Source of the DNA: a virus
Taxonomy: Duplodnaviria; Caudoviricetes
IMG/VR virus record: IMGVR_UViG_3300037067_027616
Span: 128,001-192,000 of that record
DNA: 64,000 nucleotides
Strand: one strand, 5' to 3'
The notes below the pieces were generated by a model. It had not been told where the DNA came from, did not search any database, and saw only the letters and a program-made list of their open reading frames with translations. Shown here in pieces: positions 10,233-19,745 of this stretch (its first letter is position 1; each line of letters opens with the position of its first letter). A program made the position numbers and the translations under genes.

Positions 10233-10418
10233 ATGGGTTCTTTATTTCGCATATTAGGTGTAGTCTTTTTGTGTGCCTTGTTTTGTCGTGGGGCGGACAG
10301 TTCGTCTATTGCTGTATGTTCTCCGGTGAAGGTACTTGTTCAGGACACTTTGGTGAAGCGGGTGGTGGTACCGCGTCCGAAGACGAATTGGTCCAAATTG
10401 AAGGAGTTATTCATGTAG
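10233..10418 (+). CDS. small protein with signal-peptide-like N-terminus
   Basis: Hydrophobic N-terminus; followed by terminator. Confidence 0.4.
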   Translation: MGSLFRILGVVFLCALFCRGADSSSIAVCSPVKVLVQDTLVKRVVVPRPKTNWSKLKELFM

Positions 10419-10452
10419 GCAGGGGGGTGGTAGCGGGGCCAGGGGAGGGTAG

Positions 10453-10482
10453 GGCGGGTCTTTCGGGATCCGCCCTTTTTTT
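10453..10482 (+). terminator. intrinsic terminator
   Basis: ggcgggtc-tttcgg-gatccgcc followed by T-run. Confidence 0.7.
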
Positions 10483-10555
10483 ATAAAATTTTTTAGGGAT
10501 CCTCTTTTTCTATGGCGGGTGTGGTCGATTTTAAAAAATTTTATAAAAAAAGGCT

Positions 10556-11125
10556 CTACGCGTGAGGCTTTTCCTTCCGTCTAGGGTGGACGGATTCTGT
10601 AGGTGCTTCGAGTCGTTTGAGGGCGGCGGTTTGTATTTTTTTGTTGTGATGTACGGCCAGTAGAGGCAGGTCTTTTTCTGACAGGATTGGCACGATGTAG
10701 ATAGCTGTGTCCGACTTCCAGCGCCAAGGTTTATTTTCTGGGTAGTAGTGTTCCCAGATTTTTTCGACCCACTTGAATTTCCTGTGTTCTGAGTCTGGTG
10801 TCCCGCCGTGGATTTCGCTGCACCGTTGCTTGCTGTCCTTTTTGGTTTTCAGGGGTTGGATCTTCCAGATGACGAGGGTGTGACCGTCATCATCTCCGCA
10901 CCATTCGCAGAAGTACCATTGAGTTCCTACGAGGAGTCCGTTACCTCCATCGGACACGAGGTACGGGGAGACACCGCCTACTTTTCGATTCATCGTTTTC
11001 CTTCCGTCCAAGGTGGACGGATTTCGAGGTGTCGATACTTTTGAAAAGCTATCGCCGTTTATTTCAATTTTTGCCTGGTGTAAATTGTAGCTTGTGAAAC
11101 GCTTTTGAAGACACATAGACATCAT
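10556..11125 (-). CDS. hypothetical protein
   Basis: ORF; start probably at MNRK (~10993). Confidence 0.5.
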   Translation of the reverse strand: MMSMCLQKRFTSYNLHQAKIEINGDSFSKVSTPRNPSTLDGRKTMNRKVGGVSPYLVSDGGNGLLVGTQWYFCEWCGDDDGHTLVIWKIQPLKTKKDSKQRCSEIHGGTPDSEHRKFKWVEKIWEHYYPENKPWRWKSDTAIYIVPILSEKDLPLLAVHHNKKIQTAALKRLEAPTESVHPRRKEKPHA

Positions 11126-11420
11126 TCATATTTTCGCTATCTGCAATAGCGTCATACCCTTCACTTAATGCTCTATCCATATCCATATCTCTTCTTTGCT
11201 CTACGTCATGACCTAAATATTTTATTTTCAATTCTCCTGTGACATCTGTTTTCCGCGGTCCCGTTAGTCCGTGTCTGCTCATGTAGTATGGATCAGATGT
11301 TAGATGTATTCCTTCTCTATTTTTAATATAAAAATCAATATCAAATGGTCGTATTGAAAAATGCATCAGGGAGATATGCTGTACTGGCTTTTCATTAAGA
11401 AATTTGTCGATACTGCTCAT
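11064..11420 (-). CDS. hypothetical protein
   Basis: AT-rich ORF with RBS. Confidence 0.6.
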   Translation of the reverse strand: MSSIDKFLNEKPVQHISLMHFSIRPFDIDFYIKNREGIHLTSDPYYMSRHGLTGPRKTDVTGELKIKYLGHDVEQRRDMDMDRALSEGYDAIADSENMNDVYVSSKAFHKLQFTPGKN

Positions 11421-11453
11421 TTTTCCTTCTTCCGGGATCGGTGTGATTTCCTT

Positions 11454-12119
11454 TTAGCCTATGGTCATCATTTTGAGCATGAGGTCGAACGCTTTTTTGG
11501 TGTCATCCACGAACGTGGCGGTTACCGTATTTTTCCAGACGACGAAGATGGGTACTTCCCACAGGACTTCGGTGCCTGTTTTCGGGTAGGTGTCGCCTTT
11601 GATTCGCAGGTTGTGGTCGGCGTCATTCAAGGCCTGCGCGAGGTTGGCGATGGTGACGGCGGGGGGTTGATCGGCCCAATATGTTTCGTAGTGGGGTGTG
11701 CTGTCGGGGCAGTCGGTTTGGGTTTTGAGTTGGATTTCGATGGACCAATCGTTGTTGAGTCCTTTGAGTACGTTGAGGAGCAGGGCGCTGTGTGATTTTC
11801 TTTTGAGTATTTGTCTGAAGCTGAGCATGGCTTCGACGTTGTGGTAGGTGACGCCGAGGCTTCCATTTAGGGCGCCGGCGCCATCATCGGTGATTTCTTT
11901 GTCTTCCGCGACGGACACGAACATATTGGGCATGGGCATGGTGGCGCCTTCGCGCAGGGAGTTGATGCCGTATTTCGGGAACATGATCCATCTGTTTTCG
12001 CTGACGAAGTCCCGTGCCTGGTGTACGGTTTTTGTGCCGTAGTAAGGTCCGACGGCTTCTTCTACCCTGTTGAAGATGCGGTGGGCGGCTGCGGTTTCCG
12101 ATGCGTTGATGCGGTGCAT
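11454..12119 (-). CDS. hypothetical protein
   Basis: 221-aa ORF with GGAG RBS; strongly C/A-biased codons. Confidence 0.75.
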   Translation of the reverse strand: MHRINASETAAAHRIFNRVEEAVGPYYGTKTVHQARDFVSENRWIMFPKYGINSLREGATMPMPNMFVSVAEDKEITDDGAGALNGSLGVTYHNVEAMLSFRQILKRKSHSALLLNVLKGLNNDWSIEIQLKTQTDCPDSTPHYETYWADQPPAVTIANLAQALNDADHNLRIKGDTYPKTGTEVLWEVPIFVVWKNTVTATFVDDTKKAFDLMLKMMTIG

Positions 12120-12333
12120 AGGTACTCCTGTTTCGATGGAGGATATGGTTTAGTTATTCGTCCTTGACCACAGGTGTTAGAGGCTTATCGAGCATGACAT
12201 CCACACCATCCCCACGACGCCAGACACGCCCACGATGAACAGAACCCACTCCAGCACGGGTGGAAGGTGGATGTTAGATTCCTCCCCTTGACCAGAGTAC
12301 CATTCTCCCCCGAACCCAAGACCGGTGCCGTAG

Positions 12334-15300
12334 TTACGCATGGGGTCTCCTTTTTATGGTTTTAGATGTCTGTTTGCGCTTATTGGCTGTTGTAATTTTG
12401 CGTTCCCTGTTTTTCAGGGCGGCGATAACATTTACTGCCGTTCTGTCACACACTTCCCAAGAGGAGGGAGGGTCGACTCTATCATCAAACAAACCGCACA
12501 CACCATTATGAATAACGCTGGATACAAGTTCCGTTTTAGATACCATCGTCGCTCCTATGATATGGCCGCGCAAAGTACAGCACCCATGTTCTTTAAACGG
12601 ACAGTTGCCTCAGTTCTTGCAAAACAACATTGAGGATGTTGATAGCCTCGGTAGTGCCTATAAAGCCGATTGCTTTGTGTTCGATTGCGGCTATTTCAGC
12701 CTTTAGTTTTTGTAGATTGTTAAAATTTTCTACCCCGACTTTAGCACAGGGCGGGACTTCATTACCGTACTGTTCATCGCATTTATCAAAAGCCTTACAT
12801 TTATCACACATTTCATTATTAAAATTAGCCATGTGCCTATAACCCCTTATTGTAAAAGCACGACTGAAGTTTCGTAAAACGCCGCCGTGACGGCCCGCGT
12901 TTTGACTCTCATCGAGCTACTCCTCAATAATGCACACGATGTTGCAGATCGGTATGCGCCACTGTTTGCCGTTTCTTATGAACCCCACCCATTGTCCTGC
13001 CCAGTCTACTTCGGAGCATCCTGTTATGGTAGCGGTGAGCGGTTCGTAGCGACCGATGTTGACCCGATAGGTGATGGTGAAAGTCATGTGTCCTCCGTTT
13101 CTATAAGATGGTATCCGCAAAATTGCGTGCAATGTCCGGGCCATGCGTGCTGAAGCTACCTGTTGGCATCACTGGCCTTGTCGTGTGATGGCTCAAACCG
13201 TTCCGTAGTGTCAGTGGCGAGGGGTTCCAAACGGTACACTACGTCTTTATAATTGACGGTTAACACAGAACCTTTTGTTCCACTCACAACAACAACATTG
13301 CCAGGAATTACCATTGCGCAACTCCCCAAAATGAAGCCGATGACAAACATTGCAACAACCCATCCTGAACCATTCATAGATCGCCGCCTTTCATATAAAA
13401 ACGTTTTGAATTTTCATAGAACTTCCGGAAAACGGGTACCGTGTTACGTCCCGGAATACTCACCACGACACATTGCACTAACTGAAAAGTACTTGCACAC
13501 CGACCGTTTACTACACGTAGAGCATGGCACCACAGCGTTGTTGTCTGTGTCTTGCGCTTGGACCGGTTTACAGGTGATGGTGTACCCACGGTCAAGTAAC
13601 TGTCGCGCGATATCGTTTGGCATACATCCGCCGACAAAGTACAGGTGTTTGTCACTCACGGTTTCTCCTTCGGCCCGCAGGCCCTGGACATCAAATGCTA
13701 CACGGCAAATAATTTGCCCGTCCAAGATGTATCACATCGTCCACATACCAACAAGGTATTTGTAAGTGGTTTAACCCTGCGACTACCACAGTTAGGACAA
13801 ACGGCTGCCTGTAGCTGTTGTTTGACTGTTTGTGGCAACTCAACTTTATTTCTGTCACGTTTTGGATCACCTACCAGGCAATCGGGAATAATCGTTTTCG
13901 ACTTTATCTTTTCTCGATGTGTACGTTTCGGATTGCGCTTGTTGGTGGATGCCACAGCTGCTTCTACATTTTCTTCTGCGGCACGCTTCCTTATTTCGTT
14001 TGTTATAGCATGTTGCCTATCAAGTACATCAGATAGCTGGTTCCGAAAAGATTTCCAATTGGTGTCTCTGCCGTCTCTTTTTGCAATTTGATAGGCAGAT
14101 CGAAGAGAATCGTTACTTTCAAGCAAGAGCTTTTCTACTGTTTTCATAATCGTGTTTCCTTTCAAAAAATTTTAGGGTTGCGGTTTACACCAACGTCCGC
14201 GCCACCGCACGCCGTTTATGTTTTATCATCGCATGGACACGGCCCATCCGATGAAGGACAAACCTCAGTGTTACACCCAACACCGTTACCTAAATGGCAC
14301 TCATGCGGCTGTTGTAGGCTGTTTGAGGAGTCTTCCACAGCTTCCTCAAATTTGACATACCTACCATCAACTGAATCTTCCATAGCTCCATAACCATGAC
14401 CACTCTCGTCACCAGTAACAAGATTATACCTTGTCAAATTTGCTACTGACATAAAAGCCTCCTCAAATTGACTATAGCGTTTCAGCAATGGTGACGTTGC
14501 CGTGTATCGTAGCAAGACTGACCACCGCGTAAATCACCATGAGCGCAATCAGCAGACTTACACTCGCACATAGAGCATAGCGGCAATGCGGCTTCAGCCC
14601 TAGCACCATTGCTGTGTTGTGGGGTGTGTTGCGCTGACTCTTTAGCGTCCTGCGCGGCAGCAATACACTTATTGCAATTTCCATTGTCACAACACTGAAT
14701 GTTACCTGCTGGCATAGTTAACCTTTCATTAAGTCGCGCCTATCTGTAAAGACTCAGCGCAGCATTTACCACAACGTTTCAGGCGTGGCGCTGTTGCACT
14801 ACGAAGGCATCCCATAGCCGCTTTACGTCATCGTACACAGATTCTGGTACTTGGATGGCGAGACACCGAATAGCCTTGTCCATCTCAGCAATGGCGTCCA
14901 TGCCTGTGTTGTTGGCCTGTGAATGCGCTTGGGTCGCAATGTACGCCAACAACTCTTCATCAACACCGCACCCCTGGTACTTCTCGACCGCGCCACGTAT
15001 GAAAGCAACCGCGTCCGTCCCACCGATTGGCTCAACTGTTCCCATCTTCATACTTCCTCCTCGTGGCCCGCAGGCCATTGACGACAACGTTCTGACAAAT
15101 GTGCGCCTACAGATCGCCCCAGTTCATCCAGTCGTCCGTTTCGGCACCGCACACCTCGCACCGATAGACGTTCATTTCGCACCCATGGTAGGCGAACCGC
15201 CACGTGTGCTTGGCGCACTATGTCTGTTGTGCGCTGGAAGAGGAGGTGTCCAACCGTGGAACAACACCAACGTTCCCTACCGGCGATAGCTCTTTCGAGA

Positions 15301-16081
15301 CGGCAACTTTTTTCATGGCCGACCTCCTCTTCTGGCGCAAAACCGTGTGCGGTACGGATGTTGTAACCGCCTATCAAATTCATAACTCCATAATGTCCAG
15401 CGGTTATGACATTCCTACCGCTGTTGTACGTAGTTTAACCGCGTTCCTTAATGTTCCTCCGGGGCGCTTTTTGTTTTATGACTTTGCCTTTATGTATGAA
15501 ACCATCTGGTTCATTATTCTTATCAACATGTATTATAGCCAACTGAAGCGTATCTTTGTTAATACCGATATGGCCATCCATCTTCCACACATTGAAACTT
15601 ATCATTCCATTTTTGGTTTTTTCATCGTCCAAAACTATAGACAGGTCTCTTTTATTTTTCCGCTGAAGTTGAAGTACCTTTTGACACAAACAAGCTATAA
15701 GACCAAAACGACGCTCCTTTATTAACGATTCCTCAGTCAACTGAAAATCAGCTAATGGTTTAGAAATAGCTTTCATTCTTTTTCCTTGTCTTGCGCCCCG
15801 GCTATAAATCCCAAACGGTTAAATTTTGCACAACGTTTCAACTATTGGTGCCGTGTAACAATATTACAAGCAATACCAGAACACACCTTTCCAGTTTTCC
15901 CACACCAGTTATCCTTACTTATATCGTTGCATGGCACCATAGTTGTGTTGGTGGATGGTTTTTGGCCACCCATCAGCTTGCGAATGTCGGCAACTTCCTT
16001 CGCAAGCGCGTCTATCCTGGTTTCTTGACCAACCACATATTTTTGTAGAAAAGATAGAGTCAGTTTCATTCGCAACTCCAA
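12334..16081 (-). other. array of ~15 very small hypothetical ORFs with embedded attC-like inverted repeats
   Basis: Tightly packed 70-155 aa ORFs; repeated CAAC-arm...arm'-AAC-GTT structures. Confidence 0.6.
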
Positions 16082-16109
16082 TCATAAAAGGCCAAAAACT
16101 TTACACCAA

Positions 16110-16343
16110 CTATACGTATGGTGAAACGCCTTTGTGTAAGACTTTGACTTTTTGGAACTTATGAGTTACCTCATCCAAAGGATACCCATCTGCTTTAAGT
16201 GCCAGGACAACTGCTCTTCGGATATATCTACTCATGGTGCGTACACCTACCTTATGGGCTTGATGAGAACACGCAAAAGCCAACACGGGTTCAAGGTATA
16301 CCCGATAGTCTTTCCGGATTGAGTCAGACATTATAGCTATCAT
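16110..16343 (-). CDS. possible ribbon-helix-helix DNA-binding protein
   Basis: Short beta-strand then TMSRYIRRAV helix pattern. Confidence 0.45.
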   Translation of the reverse strand: MIAIMSDSIRKDYRVYLEPVLAFACSHQAHKVGVRTMSRYIRRAVVLALKADGYPLDEVTHKFQKVKVLHKGVSPYV

Positions 16344-16350
16344 AGATACC

Positions 16351-17229
16351 TCAAAAAATCATGGACGCCGGCGAACTCCACGTGGTGTAGAGGTGACCGT
16401 CTTGGTTGTATACGAGGCTACGGATGTCATCGTCCCCGTTGGAGTCTTGCAGACAATATTCGAATTTGGTCACCGACACCCCCTCGAATTCTTTTATTAC
16501 GGCGCCGTAGGGGAGCCTGCGGATGGTGCGGGGATCTTTAGGCACTTGGGAAAGAAGGGCCATCTCGTTGACAGTCGGCTTGGGGTTGAATTTGGTTTCG
16601 AAATCCTTCTTCCACGCTTCGATTATTTTGTTGTCCTTGAGTTTGGTTATCCAATCAGCTACAACTTTGGCCTCGGGTGTGTTTTGGCAATCAGAAGGTA
16701 CTGTAATCTCCCTGAAAGAAAGACCCCGGATACCATAAATAGCACAGAGGCCAACCCAATTTTCAAAGTAAAGTTTACACACCTCCGGTGTGAGCATTAC
16801 CGTGATGCGTGTAGTTAGGACGGGGCTCTTTTTGATTGTTTCCCACAACGGAAGGTATTCATGGAGCTGTTCCGGGTCATCAATCGACACAGCTATGACA
16901 TTGAATAGGGGCCTGCCATCAACCATGAAGTTATTCAAATCTTGGGGGGACTTCGACCACGCCTTTCCGTTGGTCTGAACTACGACAGGCCAATCCCGGA
17001 ACTCGCTGGCCGCGAATGCAAGTTCACTGTTCTGCGATGGCTCACCTTTCCCGGTGATTATGACATCGGTGACTTGAGCCATCTTGGCGAAGTGGACAAC
17101 CTTGGGAAGGTTCCAATCCCAAGTCCGTCTGTCAACCGGAGGCGCCCAGGTCATTTTGCTGACGCAGTAGGGGCATTTTTTGTCACAAGCGGTACCGGGC
17201 AGGCAGATGGACAGGGTCTGGGCTTTCAT
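16351..17229 (-). CDS. radical SAM protein
   Basis: CDKKCPYC, ITGKGEP, QTNG. Confidence 0.9.
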   Translation of the reverse strand: MKAQTLSICLPGTACDKKCPYCVSKMTWAPPVDRRTWDWNLPKVVHFAKMAQVTDVIITGKGEPSQNSELAFAASEFRDWPVVVQTNGKAWSKSPQDLNNFMVDGRPLFNVIAVSIDDPEQLHEYLPLWETIKKSPVLTTRITVMLTPEVCKLYFENWVGLCAIYGIRGLSFREITVPSDCQNTPEAKVVADWITKLKDNKIIEAWKKDFETKFNPKPTVNEMALLSQVPKDPRTIRRLPYGAVIKEFEGVSVTKFEYCLQDSNGDDDIRSLVYNQDGHLYTTWSSPASMIF

Positions 17230-17250
17230 AGTTTTTTATCCTTTCATAGT

Positions 17251-17279
17251 AATATACCTTTCTACAACAGTTTTGTAAA
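17251..17279 (-). promoter_or_regulatory. sigma70-type promoter
   Basis: TTTACA-17-TATATT. Confidence 0.6.
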
Positions 17280-17284
17280 GTGCT

Positions 17285-17313
17285 AAATCCTTCCGTATAG
17301 TGGGAAGGATTTT
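17285..17313. terminator. hairpin terminator
   Basis: aaatccttcc...ggaaggattt inverted repeat. Confidence 0.55.
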
Positions 17314-17573
17314 TGTGTTATTGTTGACAAGTAGGTATTAAAAACTGATACTGATTCTCACGTAAGATTCTTCAAGCATACAATCAATAAAATCAAAAAA
17401 TCCAGCCTCTATTGTAGCCTCGTTGATCACGGGTTCTATGCCACATTCTTTTAGGTGTTCCTTAAACAGTCTTCTCATTCTCGGGGACTTCAATGCGGCC
17501 TCTTCCAATTCTTCAATGCCTATGGCGTTGGCAAGGTCAATAGAATACATAGTATCCACCACCAAATTTTTTC

Positions 17574-18080
17574 TCATTTTGATACCTTTCCGCTGTTGGG
17601 GTCACCTTGTATTTTATCCCGCAGGGGCAGTCTGTCTATGAGTCTGCATATGACTTTTTTGATACATTCGCGCCCATCGCATTCGTTGTCGATGGACCAC
17701 TTACCGTCTTTGCCTTTAAGGAAGGCATACTCCCCGAATCCACGGCCCTTCTCAGACCATTTGAAGATGATAAGATCTTCACGGACGTAGTCGATGCAGG
17801 TATGGTTATCGAAGCTGTTTAAAATATTTTTAAGCTTGTTGACTACGGTTTTTTTCGGTGGCTTTACAGGTGTCTTCAAGGACTTGGCATGTGCCTCATC
17901 TTTGGCCTTGAGGGCTTTCCATGCCTTCGCGGCGGACGAACCCGTGGCGAGCGGACGGGCGAATCCTGGCTTGGTAATTTCCATGATGACGTAGGTTTGG
18001 CTTTTACCATCGGCTTTTGGATTGTTACCGATGAACGCCTTGGGGTGATTACGTTTGCAAGACTCTTCAATTTTGTTCAT
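17574..18080 (-). CDS. hypothetical protein
   Basis: ORF in operon. Confidence 0.6.
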   Translation of the reverse strand: MNKIEESCKRNHPKAFIGNNPKADGKSQTYVIMEITKPGFARPLATGSSAAKAWKALKAKDEAHAKSLKTPVKPPKKTVVNKLKNILNSFDNHTCIDYVREDLIIFKWSEKGRGFGEYAFLKGKDGKWSIDNECDGRECIKKVICRLIDRLPLRDKIQGDPNSGKVSK

Positions 18081-18619
18081 AGGGGCCTTTCATTAGCGCC
18101 AGAATCTGTTTCATCTTCTTTTTTAGGTTTAGGATCGAGTTCATTTAGAGCTTGCACGAGGACGTCATGAGTCTGGTGATTACTCACATCTCTCAAGGCC
18201 ATTTGTATCATGAAGGAGGATTCCCCGAATCCGTTTAATAGAATAACTTTGAAGTATTCTTTTGTTGCAACGCCCTTGATGTCAACCGATGTCCGATACC
18301 CGTGGATATCATCACGATCTTTGTGCAGTACGGCCGCAGGAAATGCCTCGGTGATGAATTTAAAATCCTCGGGTGTTTCCCCTTCGTATATAAGATCATA
18401 TATCCGTTTTCTTGACTCCAATTCGTCCGGGTCACCGTAGGACCATTCTTGTGATAAATCTAATGGTCCTATATCCCCGCCGCAGTTCCAGCACGACAGG
18501 ATCGTAGGTTGTAGATTAGCCTGCCTGCTACTGAAGGCTTTCTTCCCGCAATTCGGACAAACGGTTTTTATGTCATCCGCGCGGTAACATGTTTGTCTAC
18601 TTTTCATATTTATCTCCAC
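18077..18619 (-). CDS. hypothetical protein with N-terminal Zn ribbon
   Basis: CPNC...CWNC. Confidence 0.65.
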   Translation of the reverse strand: MEINMKSRQTCYRADDIKTVCPNCGKKAFSSRQANLQPTILSCWNCGGDIGPLDLSQEWSYGDPDELESRKRIYDLIYEGETPEDFKFITEAFPAAVLHKDRDDIHGYRTSVDIKGVATKEYFKVILLNGFGESSFMIQMALRDVSNHQTHDVLVQALNELDPKPKKEDETDSGANERPL

Positions 18620-19682
18620 TCATGATTTCCATAACTGTTTTTATGAACACCGCCCCGACTTGTGGTACTATTGCGTTTCCGTACCCCCTAAGGACTGCGA
18701 CCCGCCCTTTGATTTTCGGCGCGAGGGGGTAGCCACTTTCAGACCCGCGTAGGTCCAAACCTTCGGGTACCCCATCATCCATGCGCTGAAGAAGGGATTC
18801 AGTCGGTATTCTCCGGTATTTTCCATCGATACATTTATGCCAGACGGAGTCTCTCCACACGTCCAGGCATCGCGCGTCAAACTGCGGGTCTGTCCGCTCT
18901 TCCGCGTGGCGTTGTTCGGGTCGTCGCAGTTCGGGGTCGCCCACCCCACAAACTGTATCTGTTGCTCCAACCCCGTTTCGCACAATCTGTTCGTGTCCTT
19001 GTCGTATGCTCTCTGCCCCGGCGACCAAGGCTTCCCTTCCTTCGTCACCAGCCTTTCCAGGGTTATCCCCGACTCCTGGTTGCTTGGGGTCCTCCAATCC
19101 GAAATTTCCTCCGGGCAAAGCGACCCAGAAGAGCCTTTGTCTGATGTGCGGCGCCCCGAGGCACGCAGCGCACAAATCGGCGGCCCCAACTTCATATCCC
19201 AGGACTTCCAGGTCAGCACGTACTCCGGCGAGCCAAGTCCTTCCAAGAGAAGACGCAACCTGCTCTCCAAAACAAGTTGAAGGCCGACATTTCTCGATGA
19301 TGCGGAAGAATTGTGGCCAGAGGTGGCGCGCATCTTCTGCACTTCGTTTTTTTCCTGCAGTAGAGAAGGGCTGGCAAGGACACGACCCGGAATATACGGG
19401 TCGGTCGTCTGGCCACCCGGCTGTGCGGAGGGCAAGGGGCCATCCCCCAATTCCTGCGAAGAAGTGACATTGGGTGTATCGAACAAGTTCTCGGTGGTCA
19501 ACATCGATGATGCTTCGTTCATCAACGTCCCCTTCAGGGATAAGATCCATGGCTATAAGTTCTCGCAGCCATGCGGCGGCGTTAGAGTCAAACTCGTTGT
19601 AGTATGCTCGACAGGATCCCACGGTATTAATATACCTTTTCGGGACTGCTATATTAAAGGGGGTTTCAGCGTTACCTATCAA
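18597..19682 (-). CDS. C5 cytosine DNA methyltransferase, alpha polypeptide (EcoHK31I-type)
   Basis: FFAGIGG (motif I), SCPCQPFS (IV), EQV (VI), HIRQRLF (VIII), YGNAIV (X); motif IX absent. Confidence 0.9.
   Translation of the reverse strand: MIGNAETPFNIAVPKRYINTVGSCRAYYNEFDSNAAAWLRELIAMDLIPEGDVDERSIIDVDHRELVRYTQCHFFAGIGGWPLALRTAGWPDDRPVYSGSCPCQPFSTAGKKRSAEDARHLWPQFFRIIEKCRPSTCFGEQVASSLGRTWLAGVRADLEVLGYEVGAADLCAACLGAPHIRQRLFWVALPGGNFGLEDPKQPGVGDNPGKAGDEGREALVAGAESIRQGHEQIVRNGVGATDTVCGVGDPELRRPEQRHAEERTDPQFDARCLDVWRDSVWHKCIDGKYRRIPTESLLQRMDDGVPEGLDLRGSESGYPLAPKIKGRVAVLRGYGNAIVPQVGAVFIKTVMEIMSGDKYEK
18668..19525 (-). CDS. C5 methyltransferase beta polypeptide in overlapping alternative frame
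   Basis: 285-codon nested ORF with WRTP/WATP and RLNPFFSAWMMGYP (motif IX-like). Confidence 0.75.
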   Translation of the reverse strand: MMNEASSMLTTENLFDTPNVTSSQELGDGPLPSAQPGGQTTDPYIPGRVLASPSLLQEKNEVQKMRATSGHNSSASSRNVGLQLVLESRLRLLLEGLGSPEYVLTWKSWDMKLGPPICALRASGRRTSDKGSSGSLCPEEISDWRTPSNQESGITLERLVTKEGKPWSPGQRAYDKDTNRLCETGLEQQIQFVGWATPNCDDPNNATRKSGQTRSLTRDAWTCGETPSGINVSMENTGEYRLNPFFSAWMMGYPKVWTYAGLKVATPSRRKSKGGSQSLGGTETQ

Positions 19683-19745
19683 GTTCAGGTTTGATAAGGT
19701 ACTAATATTAAAAGCCCTACATCTGATGTTCCTTGGAGATATATC

